Origin: an uncultured Thermoplasmatales archaeon
GTDB taxonomy: Archaea; Thermoplasmatota; E2; DHVEG-1
Direction: 5' to 3'
Length of the DNA stretch: 64,000 bases
NCBI GenBank assembly: GCA_964638155.1
Contig: CAZWYI010000006.1
Coordinates: forward strand, 5,949-69,948
The position numbers and the translations under genes are program-made. Under the pieces are notes generated by a model. The model saw only the letters and a list, made by a program, of their open reading frames with translations. It did not search any database and was not told where the DNA came from. Of the stretch, positions 38,093 through 48,568 are shown piece after piece. Numbering within the stretch: position 1 is the first letter of the stretch; each line of letters starts with the position of its first letter.

Positions 38093-41000
38093 TCAAAAAA
38101 TGGATCATAACCAAGGAATTCCTCTTACTGATGATTACTTTTTAGAAGAACCAGAATTAGCACTATTGAAAGATAAAATGCCAGCTCCTGAGACTACCGT
38201 TAAGGCGTTAGAACAAAGGCTTGCTAAAAAGAAAAAAAGAGTAATCAATGCAGATGTATTAGTTGTTGGTGCAGGTATTTCAGGAATGCAATCTGCACTG
38301 GATATTGCAGATAAAGGCTACAAAGTTGTAATAATTGATAAAACTTCAACTATTGGCGGGGCAATGGTAAAACTTGATAAGACTTTTCCTACAAATGATT
38401 GTAGTATTTGTACAGCGGCACCTAAGATGGTCGAGCTTGCTCGTCACCCAAACGTTGAACTAATCACTTATGCAGAGCTAAATAAATTAGATGGTGAAAA
38501 AGGTGATTTTTCCGCACAAATTTGGAAGAAAACCAAATATGTTGATCCTGATAAGTGTACCGGTTGTGATGACTGTACAGAAGTGTGTCCTGTAGATGTG
38601 GTGAGTAGTTTTAATGAAAAAATTTCAACTCGTAAAGCAATTTATATCGAGTTTCCACAGGCAGTTCCAATAGTCTATACAATTGATCATGAACACTGTA
38701 CCGGATGTGGAGCCTGCGATAGAGTTTGTGAACCAGAGGCAATTAATTTTCTAGAAAAATCCCAAGAAATAGAAGTAAAAGTAGGTGCTGTAGTTGTTGC
38801 TACTGGTTTTGAAGTATTTGAACCAAATGAGATACGTAAAGAATATGGTTATGGAAAATATGATAATGTTATGACTGCAATGCAGTTTGAAAGACTTTTA
38901 TCAAGTTTTGGTCCTACATCAGGAAAAGTACTACGCCCTTCAGATTTAAAGAAACCAAAAAAAATTGGTTGGATACAATGCGTCGGATCACGTAGTGAAC
39001 AAGATGGATATCCCTATTGTTCACGGGTTTGCTGTATGTATGCCACAAAAGAAGCAAGCATTGTAAAAGAATCAAACCCAGATATTGATATTAACATATA
39101 TTATATGGATATTAGAGCCTATGGTAAAGATTTCCAACAATATTATGATCATGCAAAAGACCTTGGTGTAAAATACAAAAGAGGCCGCCCTTCAAATGTT
39201 TATGAAAACAAGGATAAAAGCCTAACTGTAAGATATAAAGATACACTCTCTGGAAAAGTAGAGGAAGACAAAGTTGACTTACTTGTACTTTCCACATCTA
39301 TTATTCCTTCAAAACACAATAAAAAATTAGCAAAAATCCTTGGAATTGAAGTTGATGAAAACGGCTTTTTTAAACAAGATTCGCTTTTGAATAACCCTGT
39401 TCAATCAACTAAAGATGGTATATTTTTAGCAGGGTGTATTCAGGGGCCAAAGGATATTCCAGATAGTGTAAGTATGGCAAGCGGTGCAGCTGCAAAAGCA
39501 GTTTCACCTGTAAAAGATAGAAAAAGACATATCGGCCGTGACTTTCCAGCGGAAAAAGATGTATCTTTAGAAGAACCTAGAATTGGTGTTTTCATATGCC
39601 ATTGCGGTAAAAACATTGCAGGTTATCTTGATGTTGAAAAGCTAACTGAAAAAGTCAAAAAACAAGCAAATGTTGAATATGCAGAACATGTGATGTTTGC
39701 ATGTTCTGAGGATACTTGTAAAAAAATCCGTGAAACAATAAAAGAGAAAAAACTCAATAGAATTGTAGTTGCTGCCTGCTCACCAAGAACTCATGGTGGC
39801 TTGTTTCAGGATACATTACTTGAGGCAGGTTTAAACAAATATCTATTTGAAATGGCAAATATTCGTAACCACTGCAGTTGGGTTCACTCTGATGACTGGG
39901 ATAAGGCAACTGAAAAAGCAATAGGCCTTATTGATGCAGCTATAGCTAAAGTAAGATTACTAGAGCCTCTTAGTGAAGAGGAATTTTCAATTATCCCTAA
40001 AGTACTTGTTATCGGAGGGGGAGTATCAGGGATGAAGGCATCTCTTGCACTAGCTGATATGGGTATTAAATCATATTTAATTGAAAAAGAAAAAGAGCTG
40101 GGCGGGAGACTAAAACACCTACATTCCATGTTTCCATCTGATACCAAAGCAAAAGATATAATTAATCCATTAATTAAGAAAGTCAATAAAAACAAACTTA
40201 TTACTGTAATGAGAGAAGCAACACTTGCAGATATTGATGGTTTTATTGGTAACTACGAAGGCACAATTAAACATAAAGGTAAAAAGAAAAAACTGGAGTT
40301 TGGAACAATAATTGTTTCAACTGGTTTTAAAGAAGTAGACCTTAAAGGGCAGTATCAATATGGAAAAAATAAAAATATTCTTTCTCAAACAGAACTTGAA
40401 GAAAAAATCAAGAAAGGAGAATTAAAGAAGAAACCAAAAAACGTGGTAATGGTAAACTGCGCTGGCGCTATGGATGAAAAAAGACCTTATTGTTGTCGTA
40501 TAGGTTGCGGTGTTGCAATTAAAAATGCAAAGCTTATTTCTGAGAAATATCCTGGTGCAAAGATTTGGTTACTATATAGAGATATGCGTGTTTTTGGAAA
40601 AGAAGAAGAGGAATATTATTCTGATGTATTAGAGAATCAACATGTCACAATGGTTCGTTATCCTAGTGAGAAAAAACCAGAGGTAGTCTTAGACAAAAAA
40701 GATCCAATAGATGGGCCTATAAAAATAAAAGTATATGATGATATTTTAGGTGAAGAACTAACAATAGACTCAGATTTAGTTGTACTTACAGTTAATACTG
40801 AGGGTGAGGTTTTAACTGATACTTTGAAAAATATGCTAAAGATACCTGCAGATGCCGGTGGATTCTTTTTAGAAGCACATGCAAAAATCAGACCTCTTGA
40901 TTTTGCAACTGATGGTATATTCCTATGTGGTGCTGCTCATTTTCCAAAAAATTTAGTTGATTCAATTGCTCAGGCAGAAGGTGCTGCATCTCGGGCGGCA

Positions 41001-41288
41001 ATTCCAATAATGCAGGAGAAAATGAAAGGAGAAGGTCAGGTTGCAGAGGTAAATGAAGACCTCTGCAGTGGATGTAAGACATGTGAATCACTTTGCCCGT
41101 ATTCTGCAATAAGTGTTGAGCCTAAAAAGGATGATCCTGATCATCTTGTTGCAGAAGTAAATCGCGCTCTTTGCAAAGGATGTGGTGCATGTGCCGCTGG
41201 TTGTCCATCTGGTGCTATAGAACAGATGGGATTTAAAACAAAGCAGATACAAGTCATGGTAAATGCTCTTTTAGGGGAGTGTAAATAA
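38073..41288 (+). CDS. hdrA: tandem fusion of two HdrA-like flavoproteins: an N-terminal HdrA/QmoA-like FAD module with an inserted 2x4Fe-4S ferredoxin, plus a complete HdrA (N-domain + FAD + C-terminal ferredoxin)
   Basis: First FAD motif VVGAGISGMQSALD; inserted CTGCDDCTEVCP and CTGCGACDRVCEP. Then the HdrA N-domain PRIGVFICHCGKNIAGYLD. Second FAD motif VIGGGVSGMKASL; C-terminal CSGCKTCESLCP and CKGCGACAAGCP. An alternative start is the ATG at 38100. Confidence 0.8.
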   Translation: MPSRDYNQKMDHNQGIPLTDDYFLEEPELALLKDKMPAPETTVKALEQRLAKKKKRVINADVLVVGAGISGMQSALDIADKGYKVVIIDKTSTIGGAMVKLDKTFPTNDCSICTAAPKMVELARHPNVELITYAELNKLDGEKGDFSAQIWKKTKYVDPDKCTGCDDCTEVCPVDVVSSFNEKISTRKAIYIEFPQAVPIVYTIDHEHCTGCGACDRVCEPEAINFLEKSQEIEVKVGAVVVATGFEVFEPNEIRKEYGYGKYDNVMTAMQFERLLSSFGPTSGKVLRPSDLKKPKKIGWIQCVGSRSEQDGYPYCSRVCCMYATKEASIVKESNPDIDINIYYMDIRAYGKDFQQYYDHAKDLGVKYKRGRPSNVYENKDKSLTVRYKDTLSGKVEEDKVDLLVLSTSIIPSKHNKKLAKILGIEVDENGFFKQDSLLNNPVQSTKDGIFLAGCIQGPKDIPDSVSMASGAAAKAVSPVKDRKRHIGRDFPAEKDVSLEEPRIGVFICHCGKNIAGYLDVEKLTEKVKKQANVEYAEHVMFACSEDTCKKIRETIKEKKLNRIVVAACSPRTHGGLFQDTLLEAGLNKYLFEMANIRNHCSWVHSDDWDKATEKAIGLIDAAIAKVRLLEPLSEEEFSIIPKVLVIGGGVSGMKASLALADMGIKSYLIEKEKELGGRLKHLHSMFPSDTKAKDIINPLIKKVNKNKLITVMREATLADIDGFIGNYEGTIKHKGKKKKLEFGTIIVSTGFKEVDLKGQYQYGKNKNILSQTELEEKIKKGELKKKPKNVVMVNCAGAMDEKRPYCCRIGCGVAIKNAKLISEKYPGAKIWLLYRDMRVFGKEEEEYYSDVLENQHVTMVRYPSEKKPEVVLDKKDPIDGPIKIKVYDDILGEELTIDSDLVVLTVNTEGEVLTDTLKNMLKIPADAGGFFLEAHAKIRPLDFATDGIFLCGAAHFPKNLVDSIAQAEGAASRAAIPIMQEKMKGEGQVAEVNEDLCSGCKTCESLCPYSAISVEPKKDDPDHLVAEVNRALCKGCGACAAGCPSGAIEQMGFKTKQIQVMVNALLGECK

Positions 41289-41290
41289 AT

Positions 41291-41719
41291 ATGCCAAAGG
41301 AAAAACTACCAAAGAACAAAGAAATAAGTCAGCTAACTTTTAAAAAAGGTGAACTGGCAAGAGAAGTCGAAGAAATCAGTGGTGAAAATCTCTTTGGCTG
41401 TTATCAATGCGGAACATGTTCTGCAGGTTGTCCATATGTTGATGATATGGATCTTACACCAGATGAGGTTATTAGATACATTATACTTGATAGAACGGAG
41501 GTACTAAACTCTAAAACGATTTGGCTTTGCTCAGCATGTTTTACATGCGCTGAACGCTGCCCCCGCAATATCAATATCACAAAAATTATGGAGGCTCTCC
41601 GCCAGATTATTCTTAGAAGAAAAATAGATCATAGTAATGCTCATAAAACAACAAAGAAAGAAAGAGAAAAGATACCGCAAATTGCGTTTGTAAGTTTATT
41701 TAGGAAAAATATTGGCTGA
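41291..41719 (+). CDS. hdrC: heterodisulfide reductase subunit C
   Basis: CYQCGTCSAGCP and CSACFTCAERCP; 142 aa. Confidence 0.85.
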   Translation: MPKEKLPKNKEISQLTFKKGELAREVEEISGENLFGCYQCGTCSAGCPYVDDMDLTPDEVIRYIILDRTEVLNSKTIWLCSACFTCAERCPRNINITKIMEALRQIILRRKIDHSNAHKTTKKEREKIPQIAFVSLFRKNIG

Positions 41720-41724
41720 TTGTT

Positions 41725-42606
41725 ATGAAATTATTATACTACCCTGGTTGCACACTTAAAACATCTGCAAAAAATCTTGAAAAAACAGCTTTTGCAATAA
41801 TGGATAAACTTGGCCATGAACTAAAGGAGATGGATGATTGGGTATGCTGCGGCGTTGTATCATCACTTTCTGATGATGATTTAATGAGACATCTGGCACC
41901 GCTTCGTTCATTGATTCATGTTGAAGATCAAGGTGAAAAAAAAGTAATTAGTCTCTGTGACATGTGCTGCAACACTCTCAAACAGACTAATCTTAGGGTT
42001 AAGGAAAAACCTGATGATTTTGAAACTCTAAATGATTTTATGGATCAGGAAAATGATTATAAAAAAACAGTTGAGGTCTATCATTTCTTGGAGTTCTTAC
42101 GGGATGATATAGGTTTTGACAAATTGAAAAAAATGGTTAAAAACCCACTTTCTGGTCTAAAAATTATGCCTTATTACGGGTGTATGTTGTTAAGACCAAG
42201 AGAGGTTGCAATTGATGATGCCGAAGATCCAACTATTATGAGCGATCTTTTAAGGGCTCTTGGTGCAGAAGTAGTTGACAATCCATTTAAGATAGAATGT
42301 TGTGGTTCTTATCATACTATAGAAAATAAAGATATTGTTATAAATCGTGCATATCGTATCACAAATTTTGCAATTGAAAGAGATGCCGATGCAATTATGC
42401 TTTCTTGTCCGCTATGCCGTTTTAATTTAGATGAAAGGGGAAAAGAAGCAGAAAAGTTACACAAGGGATACCAACAGATTCCTGTTTATTATTACACACA
42501 ATTGATGGCAATAGCACTGGGAATTGATCCTTCATTATGCGGTTTTGATCAGCATGCTGTTGATCCAAAATTGTTATTGAAAAGAAAAGGGGTTTATGAA
42601 AAATAA
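41725..42606 (+). CDS. hdrB: heterodisulfide reductase subunit B (two CCG domains)
   Basis: YYPGCTLK…, and CCG motifs (VCCG…, ECCGS…); 293 aa. Confidence 0.85.
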   Translation: MKLLYYPGCTLKTSAKNLEKTAFAIMDKLGHELKEMDDWVCCGVVSSLSDDDLMRHLAPLRSLIHVEDQGEKKVISLCDMCCNTLKQTNLRVKEKPDDFETLNDFMDQENDYKKTVEVYHFLEFLRDDIGFDKLKKMVKNPLSGLKIMPYYGCMLLRPREVAIDDAEDPTIMSDLLRALGAEVVDNPFKIECCGSYHTIENKDIVINRAYRITNFAIERDADAIMLSCPLCRFNLDERGKEAEKLHKGYQQIPVYYYTQLMAIALGIDPSLCGFDQHAVDPKLLLKRKGVYEK

Positions 42607-42629
42607 AAAGTTAGGTGGTATTATATATG

Positions 42630-43628
42630 ACTAAAAAAAAGAAAAACAAAGAAAAAAAGAAACTCCAATTAGCATTCTACTGGGCTGCTAGTTGTGGCGG
42701 CTGTGAAATAGCAGTCCTTGATATTGATGAAAAGATTTTAGATGTAATAGAAATAGCTGATATCTTGTTTTGGCCTGTTGCTATGGATTTCAAATATAAA
42801 GATGTTGAAGCTATGAAAGATAACCATATCGATGTATGTTTCTTCAATGGCTCTATTAGAACAGAGGAACAAGAACATATTGCAAAATTACTTCGTAAAA
42901 AATCAAAAGTCCTTGTAGCATTTGGGGCATGTGCTGTAAGTGGCGGGATCCCTGGTCTTGGTAATGTTGCTAACAAAAAAGAAATTTTTGAGGTTGCCTA
43001 CTTAGATAATCCATCCACTGTTAACAAAAAGAAAATAACACCAAAACCAAAAGTGAAAGTAAAAGAAGGGGATCTAACACTCCCTGAATTTTATGATACT
43101 GTAAAAACTCTAGATCAGACAGTTGATGTTGATTACTATTTGCCAGGTTGTCCACCTACTCCTGACATGATTATGACAGCGGTCGAGGCTATAGCAGAAA
43201 ATAAACTACCACCAAAAGGCTCTATCCTTGGGCCATCAAAATCTGTCTGTGATGAATGTCGTTTTGAAAAAACAGAGAAAAAAATCAAGGAAATAAAACG
43301 TGTATATGAGGTCGATAAAATCGAAGATAAATGTCTACTTGAACAAGGAATCATCTGTCTCGGTCCTGCAACACGCGGTGGGTGTGACGCCCGCTGTCTT
43401 GATGCAAATATGCCCTGTACAGGATGCGGTGGGCCTACACCACACTCCATGGATCAAGGTGCAAGTATGATATCAGCAATTGCGTCTATTCTTGGATTAG
43501 AAGGTGAAGAAAAAATGAGTGATGAAGAAGTTCAAAAACTTATCGACCAAGTAATAGATCCAATTGGAACTTTCTATAAATATGGTTTACCTAGTGCCAT
43601 TCTTAATAGGAGGCTTGTTAAAAAATGA
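42630..43628 (+). CDS. mvhG: [NiFe]-hydrogenase small subunit (group 3c, Mvh type)
   Basis: LAFYWAASCGGCEIAVLD proximal-cluster motif and no Tat signal. Start at the ATG at 42630 after an AGGTGG RBS. Confidence 0.85.
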   Translation, partial: TKKKKNKEKKKLQLAFYWAASCGGCEIAVLDIDEKILDVIEIADILFWPVAMDFKYKDVEAMKDNHIDVCFFNGSIRTEEQEHIAKLLRKKSKVLVAFGACAVSGGIPGLGNVANKKEIFEVAYLDNPSTVNKKKITPKPKVKVKEGDLTLPEFYDTVKTLDQTVDVDYYLPGCPPTPDMIMTAVEAIAENKLPPKGSILGPSKSVCDECRFEKTEKKIKEIKRVYEVDKIEDKCLLEQGIICLGPATRGGCDARCLDANMPCTGCGGPTPHSMDQGASMISAIASILGLEGEEKMSDEEVQKLIDQVIDPIGTFYKYGLPSAILNRRLVKK

Positions 43629-45085
43629 AAACTGTAACAATTGATCCCATTACAAGACTTGAGGGACATGGAAAAATAAGTATATTTTTAGATGACATAG
43701 GTGATGTAGCAAATGCCTACCTTCAGATACCTGAACTTAGAGGATTTGAACGATTCAGCGAAGGTAGACGTGCAGAAGATATGCCACAAATCACAAGTAG
43801 AATATGTGGGGTATGTCCGGTTGCTCATCACTTTGCAGCAACAAAAGCACTTGATGATGCTTTTAATGTCACTCCTCCATCTGCAGCAAAAAAACTCCGT
43901 GAATTAATGTACATGGGATATATCATCTATGATCATATTCTGCATTTTTATTATTTAGGGGGGCCTGATTTTGTAGTAGGTCCAGATGCACCTCCATCAA
44001 AAAGAAATATTCTTGGTGTTATAGAAAAAGCAGGTGTTGATATTGGAAAAGAAGTAATAAAACACAGGGCATATGGCCAGAAAATAACAGCAATTCTCGG
44101 TGGAAAGGCAACTCATCCAGTATGTGGTCTTCCTGGTGGTGTATCAAAGGGGCTTAATAAAGATGAAGTAATAGACATTGAAAAAATGACAAAGTCCTGT
44201 GTTGATTTTGCTAAGTTTTCTTTAAAACTTTTTGATGACATAGTTCTACAAAATAAAGATTATGTGGATATGATACTTAGTGACCCATATCAGTTAAAAA
44301 CATATAATATGGGGCTTGTTGATAAGAATAATAAGTTAAATTTTTATGATGGCACAATCCGTGTTACTGATCAAAAAGGAAAGGAATACAAAAAGTTTGA
44401 TGTGAAAGATTATTATAAAAATATTTCAGAACATGTAGAAGAATGGTCCTATATGAAATTCCCTTATCTTAATAGTATAGGCTGGAAGGGATTTAAAGAT
44501 GGAAAAGATAGTGGAATATATCGTGTGGGGCCATTAGGAAGACTTAATGCAGCTGAGGGCATGGCAACTCCTCTAGCAGATAAAGAATACAACAAATTTT
44601 ATGAAACACTTGGTGGAAAAGCAGTCAATAGTACCCTTGCCTTTCACTGGGCTCGGTTAATAGAACTTTTGTATGCAACAGAGAGGGCAACTGAACTTTT
44701 AAAAGACAAGGAACTCACTTCAGAAAAAGTAAAAAATCCAGTTGGAAAACCAGGTGAAGGATTTGGTGTAATAGAAGCTGCCCGTGGTACACTTATTCAT
44801 CATTATAAACTTGATAAAAACGGGCTTATTGATAAAGCAAATTTAATTGTTGCAACTACAAACAATGCAGGTGCAATAAACATGAGCATACGCGATGCAG
44901 CAAAAGGTTTGATAAAAAACGGTAATGTTGATGATGCAACATTAAACATGGTTGAAATGGCATTTCGTGCATATGATCCATGTTTTGCCTGTGCAACGCA
45001 CACTCTACCTGGTGGTATGCCACTTAAAGTTGAAATCTATGATCATAATAAAAAACACATTAAAACATTAAAACAAAATCTATAG
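43625..45085 (+). CDS. mvhA: [NiFe]-hydrogenase large subunit (Mvh type)
   Basis: N-terminal RICGVCPVAHH and C-terminal DPCFACATH Ni-Fe ligand motifs, all Cys with no in-frame TGA; 486 aa. Confidence 0.9.
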   Translation: MKTVTIDPITRLEGHGKISIFLDDIGDVANAYLQIPELRGFERFSEGRRAEDMPQITSRICGVCPVAHHFAATKALDDAFNVTPPSAAKKLRELMYMGYIIYDHILHFYYLGGPDFVVGPDAPPSKRNILGVIEKAGVDIGKEVIKHRAYGQKITAILGGKATHPVCGLPGGVSKGLNKDEVIDIEKMTKSCVDFAKFSLKLFDDIVLQNKDYVDMILSDPYQLKTYNMGLVDKNNKLNFYDGTIRVTDQKGKEYKKFDVKDYYKNISEHVEEWSYMKFPYLNSIGWKGFKDGKDSGIYRVGPLGRLNAAEGMATPLADKEYNKFYETLGGKAVNSTLAFHWARLIELLYATERATELLKDKELTSEKVKNPVGKPGEGFGVIEAARGTLIHHYKLDKNGLIDKANLIVATTNNAGAINMSIRDAAKGLIKNGNVDDATLNMVEMAFRAYDPCFACATHTLPGGMPLKVEIYDHNKKHIKTLKQNL

Positions 45086-45094
45086 GAATAAAAA

Positions 45095-45565
45095 ATGAAA
45101 ACTATAATATTAGGAGTTGGAAACCAGATTCTAGGTGATGACGGTGTAGGAATACACGTAGTAAAAGAGTTAAAAAAACACCTTCAAAATAATTCAAATG
45201 TCACTATAGATGAGGCGATAACTGGCGGAATGAATCTATTAGACCTACTCCTAGGATATGAAAAAGCAATAATAGTTGATGCTGTAAAATCAGATGATGC
45301 AAAAGAGGGGGAGGTTAAAAGAATTCCTCTCGGTGATTTTAAGACTATGCATTCCTGTAATCCTCATGATGTAAGCTTAACTGAAGCAATTGAAATGGCA
45401 GAAAAATTAGGGGAGAAAAGAATTCCAACAGAAATAGTTGTCATTGGAATAATGATGAAACAAATTCCTTGTGAATTCAAAGAAAACCTCAGTAGTAATA
45501 TTGCTTCTGCTGTTCCAAAAGCTGTAAAAATGACTATCAACGAATTAAAAAATGAAAATAATTAG
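45095..45565 (+). CDS. hydrogenase maturation endopeptidase (HycI/HybD family)
   Basis: IILGVGNQILGDDGVGIHVV; 156 aa. Confidence 0.8.
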   Translation: MKTIILGVGNQILGDDGVGIHVVKELKKHLQNNSNVTIDEAITGGMNLLDLLLGYEKAIIVDAVKSDDAKEGEVKRIPLGDFKTMHSCNPHDVSLTEAIEMAEKLGEKRIPTEIVVIGIMMKQIPCEFKENLSSNIASAVPKAVKMTINELKNENN

Positions 45566-45585
45566 ATTTGAGGTGAAAAAAATAG

Positions 45586-46008
45586 ATGGCAAAAAAAGAA
45601 TTTGAACCAAAAATTATTGGGTTTTTATGTAACTGGTGTAGTTATGCTGGAGCAGACTTGGCAGGCACAAGTCGTATGAGATATCCACCAAACATAAAAA
45701 GCATTCGTGTGATGTGCTCAGGCCGTGTGGAACCTGCATTTGTACTTGAAGCATTAAAAAAAGGAGCTGATGGAGTGCTTATTGCTGGATGCCATCCAGG
45801 TGATTGTCATTATCAGTCTGGTAATTACAAAACAAACCGCCGTATTAAACTTCTAAAAAAACTTTTAAAGGATATGGGAGTTGAACCAGAGCGGGTAAGA
45901 TTTGAGTATATATCTGCATCTGAGGGGCAGAAATTTGCAGATACTGTTACTGATTTTGTAAAAGAACTCAAAAAATTAGGGCCAAATCCAATAAAGGTTG
46001 AATTATGA
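45586..46008 (+). CDS. mvhD: methyl-viologen-reducing hydrogenase delta subunit
   Basis: [16 protein letters not shown]…CSGRVEP…GCHPGDCHY (MvhD/FlpD family Cys pattern); 140 aa. Confidence 0.85.
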   Translation: MAKKEFEPKIIGFLCNWCSYAGADLAGTSRMRYPPNIKSIRVMCSGRVEPAFVLEALKKGADGVLIAGCHPGDCHYQSGNYKTNRRIKLLKKLLKDMGVEPERVRFEYISASEGQKFADTVTDFVKELKKLGPNPIKVEL

Positions 46009-47441
46009 ATAAAAATGTAGATATCGATAAATTAAAAGATATAGTCGGCGAAAATAATGTTAGAGATAATATCGCTGATTTATACGTTTATTCATCTGAT
46101 GCATCAGTTCATAGTAAATTGCCTGATGTAGTTGTAAGACCAGAATCTACAAAACAAGTACAAGAAATTATGCGTTATGCAAATAAAAATAAAATACCAG
46201 TAGTCACAAGAGGTGCCGGTTCAGGAATGAGTGGACAAACAGTTCCACTTGATGGCGGCATCATTCTTGATATTAAAAAAATGGATAAAATAATTGAAAT
46301 CCGCCCTGAAGATGTTATTTGTAAAGTTGAACCGGGGGTTGTAAACGATGAATTAAACCGTGTTTTAAAACCATATGGTTTCTTTTTCCCACCAACACCT
46401 TCCTCCGGTCGTATATGTACAATTGGTGGTATGATAGGAACAAATGCATCAGGAAACCGCTCTGTTAAATATGGTGCAACTCGTGATGCTGTACTTGGAA
46501 TGAAAGTAGTTCTTGCAAATGGAGATTTAGTAACCCTTGGGTCAAACACTAAAGTCGATTCATCAGGGTATCAACTTGCAAGACTTATGGTTGGTTCTGA
46601 AGGAACACTTGGGATTGTTGTTGAGGCAACCCTTCTGATATCACCCACTCCAAAATATCGTGCTATGGGTATTGCAAACTTTAAAACACTTCAAGATGCA
46701 GGAAAAATGATTAGTGATACTATTGCAAATGGTATAACTCCGTCTATGCTTGAACTTATGGATAATGTTGCAATAACTGCAGTAAATAACGCTCAAGATA
46801 TGGATCTTCCTGATGTTGAAGCAATTGTTATTTTTGAATGTAATGGTATGACTAAAGAAACAGTTGATTATGAAATAAATCAATTAAAAAAGATTTGTAA
46901 AAAACATAATGGAAATGGTATTAAAATCACTCATGATGAAAAAGAAATGACAAAAATATACACAGGAAGGAAAAAACTGTTTCCATCTCTATCCAGATAC
47001 AAAGAGGGCCTATATACAACTGCTCTAGCTGATGATATGGCAGTACCTATGAGTAAAATTGCTGATACCATAAATAAAATCCATGAAATAGCAGGTAAAA
47101 ATAAGGTTGTAATGAGTGCATATGGTCACTGTGGTGCAGGTTTAATACACACTAAAATTCTTATGGATACAACTAAGGAATCCCAATGGAAAAATGCAAA
47201 AAATGCAGTAAAAGAAGTATATGATTATGTTCACTCCATTGGTGGTACTACTTCAGGTGAACATGGTATAGGTTTTTCCAAAGGACCTTCTTTTAAAGAA
47301 GAAAAAAAGGACTCACTTGAGATGATGCGTGCAATAAAATATGCACTTGATCCAAATAATATTCTAAATCCAAATAAACTTATGGATTCACCTGACGATT
47401 GGCTTACTGCAACTAAATTACGTTATCGAGTTGAAACATAA
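46005..47441 (+). CDS. FAD-linked oxidase, GlcD/D-lactate dehydrogenase-like
   Basis: 478 aa; FAD-binding PCMH domain with the [10 protein letters not shown] motif and a C-terminal GEHGIG motif; ATGA overlap with the mvhD stop. Confidence 0.75.
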   Translation: MNKNVDIDKLKDIVGENNVRDNIADLYVYSSDASVHSKLPDVVVRPESTKQVQEIMRYANKNKIPVVTRGAGSGMSGQTVPLDGGIILDIKKMDKIIEIRPEDVICKVEPGVVNDELNRVLKPYGFFFPPTPSSGRICTIGGMIGTNASGNRSVKYGATRDAVLGMKVVLANGDLVTLGSNTKVDSSGYQLARLMVGSEGTLGIVVEATLLISPTPKYRAMGIANFKTLQDAGKMISDTIANGITPSMLELMDNVAITAVNNAQDMDLPDVEAIVIFECNGMTKETVDYEINQLKKICKKHNGNGIKITHDEKEMTKIYTGRKKLFPSLSRYKEGLYTTALADDMAVPMSKIADTINKIHEIAGKNKVVMSAYGHCGAGLIHTKILMDTTKESQWKNAKNAVKEVYDYVHSIGGTTSGEHGIGFSKGPSFKEEKKDSLEMMRAIKYALDPNNILNPNKLMDSPDDWLTATKLRYRVET

Positions 47442-47470
47442 AATTAATATAATTGTTTGAGGGAGAAAAT

Positions 47471-48568
47471 TTGGCTACAAAAACTAAAACAAAAAGCAAA
47501 CATCTAAAAGAGTATGAAGAACAGATGAACATGTGCATACGCTGTGCATATTGTTTTGAGAAATGCCCTGTTATTAAAGAAATTAAGTGGGATACAGATG
47601 GTGCACGTGGAAAAGTAATAATGAGCTATGGAATCCTTACTGGAGAATTAGAGCCATCTAAATATATAGCTGATAAACTCTTTAGATGTACATTTTGCAG
47701 AGATTGTATGGAGAGATGCCCATCAAAACTTGAAATACTTGAAATTTTTTCAAATGCTCGTGCAGAATTAGTAGATGCAGGTTTTGCATCTGATACTCAC
47801 AAATATATTATCAAAAACATCAAAAAAACAGGTAACATCTATGGAGATACAGAAGTAATATATCCTGAAAAAAAAGGTAAAACTCCCTTGTTTATAGGAT
47901 GTCAGTATCTAGGCCGTCCTAATAAAACAAAAAAATATATAAAAATTCTTGAAAAACTTGGAATGGAGCCAACAGTTGTAAAAGAAATATGCTGTGGTTT
48001 TCCAATGGACGTACTTGGGTTTAAAAAAGAATATAACAAACATAAAGAAGAATTCAAGGAAAAATTCCCATTTGATAACGCAGTAGCTCTTTGCCCTACT
48101 TGCACAGTTTTTTTAAAAGAGGGATATGAAATAAAAGCAAAACACGTACTAGAATTTATACTTGAAAAATTACCAGAGGTAAATTTAGATATGAAAGTTA
48201 CCTATCATGATCCCTGTGATTTTTCGCGTGGCTTGAAAATAATTGAGGAACCTAGAAAAATTTTAGAAAAACTTGGTGTAGAAATAGTTGAAATGGAAAA
48301 CAATAGAGAAAATAGCAGATGCTGTGGCGGCGGAGGCGGAATTTTGATGACAGATCAAGAATTATCAAATGATATAGCTAAAAAAAGAATCCATGAAGCG
48401 CTTGAAACAGGTGTAGACCTGCTTGTTACAAGTTGTCCTACATGTGAAACAACTCTTAAAAAAGCAGCTCAAGAAATATCTGAATCTGAGGGAAAAACAA
48501 TATCTGTTAGAAATATTGAAGATATAATTTGGAAAGGATTAAGAAAAGCAACAAAGGAGAAAAAATAA
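47471..48568 (+). CDS. Fe-S/CCG-domain protein (GlcF / LldF / HdrD-like)
   Basis: CIRCAYCFEKCP and CTFCRDCMERCP, plus two CCG-type motifs (ICCGFP…, RCCGGGGG). Start uncertain: TTG at 47471 after a GGGAG RBS, the track's TTG at 47453, or the ATG at 47525. Confidence 0.7.
   Translation: MATKTKTKSKHLKEYEEQMNMCIRCAYCFEKCPVIKEIKWDTDGARGKVIMSYGILTGELEPSKYIADKLFRCTFCRDCMERCPSKLEILEIFSNARAELVDAGFASDTHKYIIKNIKKTGNIYGDTEVIYPEKKGKTPLFIGCQYLGRPNKTKKYIKILEKLGMEPTVVKEICCGFPMDVLGFKKEYNKHKEEFKEKFPFDNAVALCPTCTVFLKEGYEIKAKHVLEFILEKLPEVNLDMKVTYHDPCDFSRGLKIIEEPRKILEKLGVEIVEMENNRENSRCCGGGGGILMTDQELSNDIAKKRIHEALETGVDLLVTSCPTCETTLKKAAQEISESEGKTISVRNIEDIIWKGLRKATKEKK

Noticed and set aside
43625-45085. Possible selenocysteine (in-frame TGA) in the [NiFe] hydrogenase large subunit or in HdrA
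   Set aside because: The C-terminal Ni ligand motif is DPCFACATH with Cys codons. No in-frame TGA interrupts mvhA or the hdrA genes.
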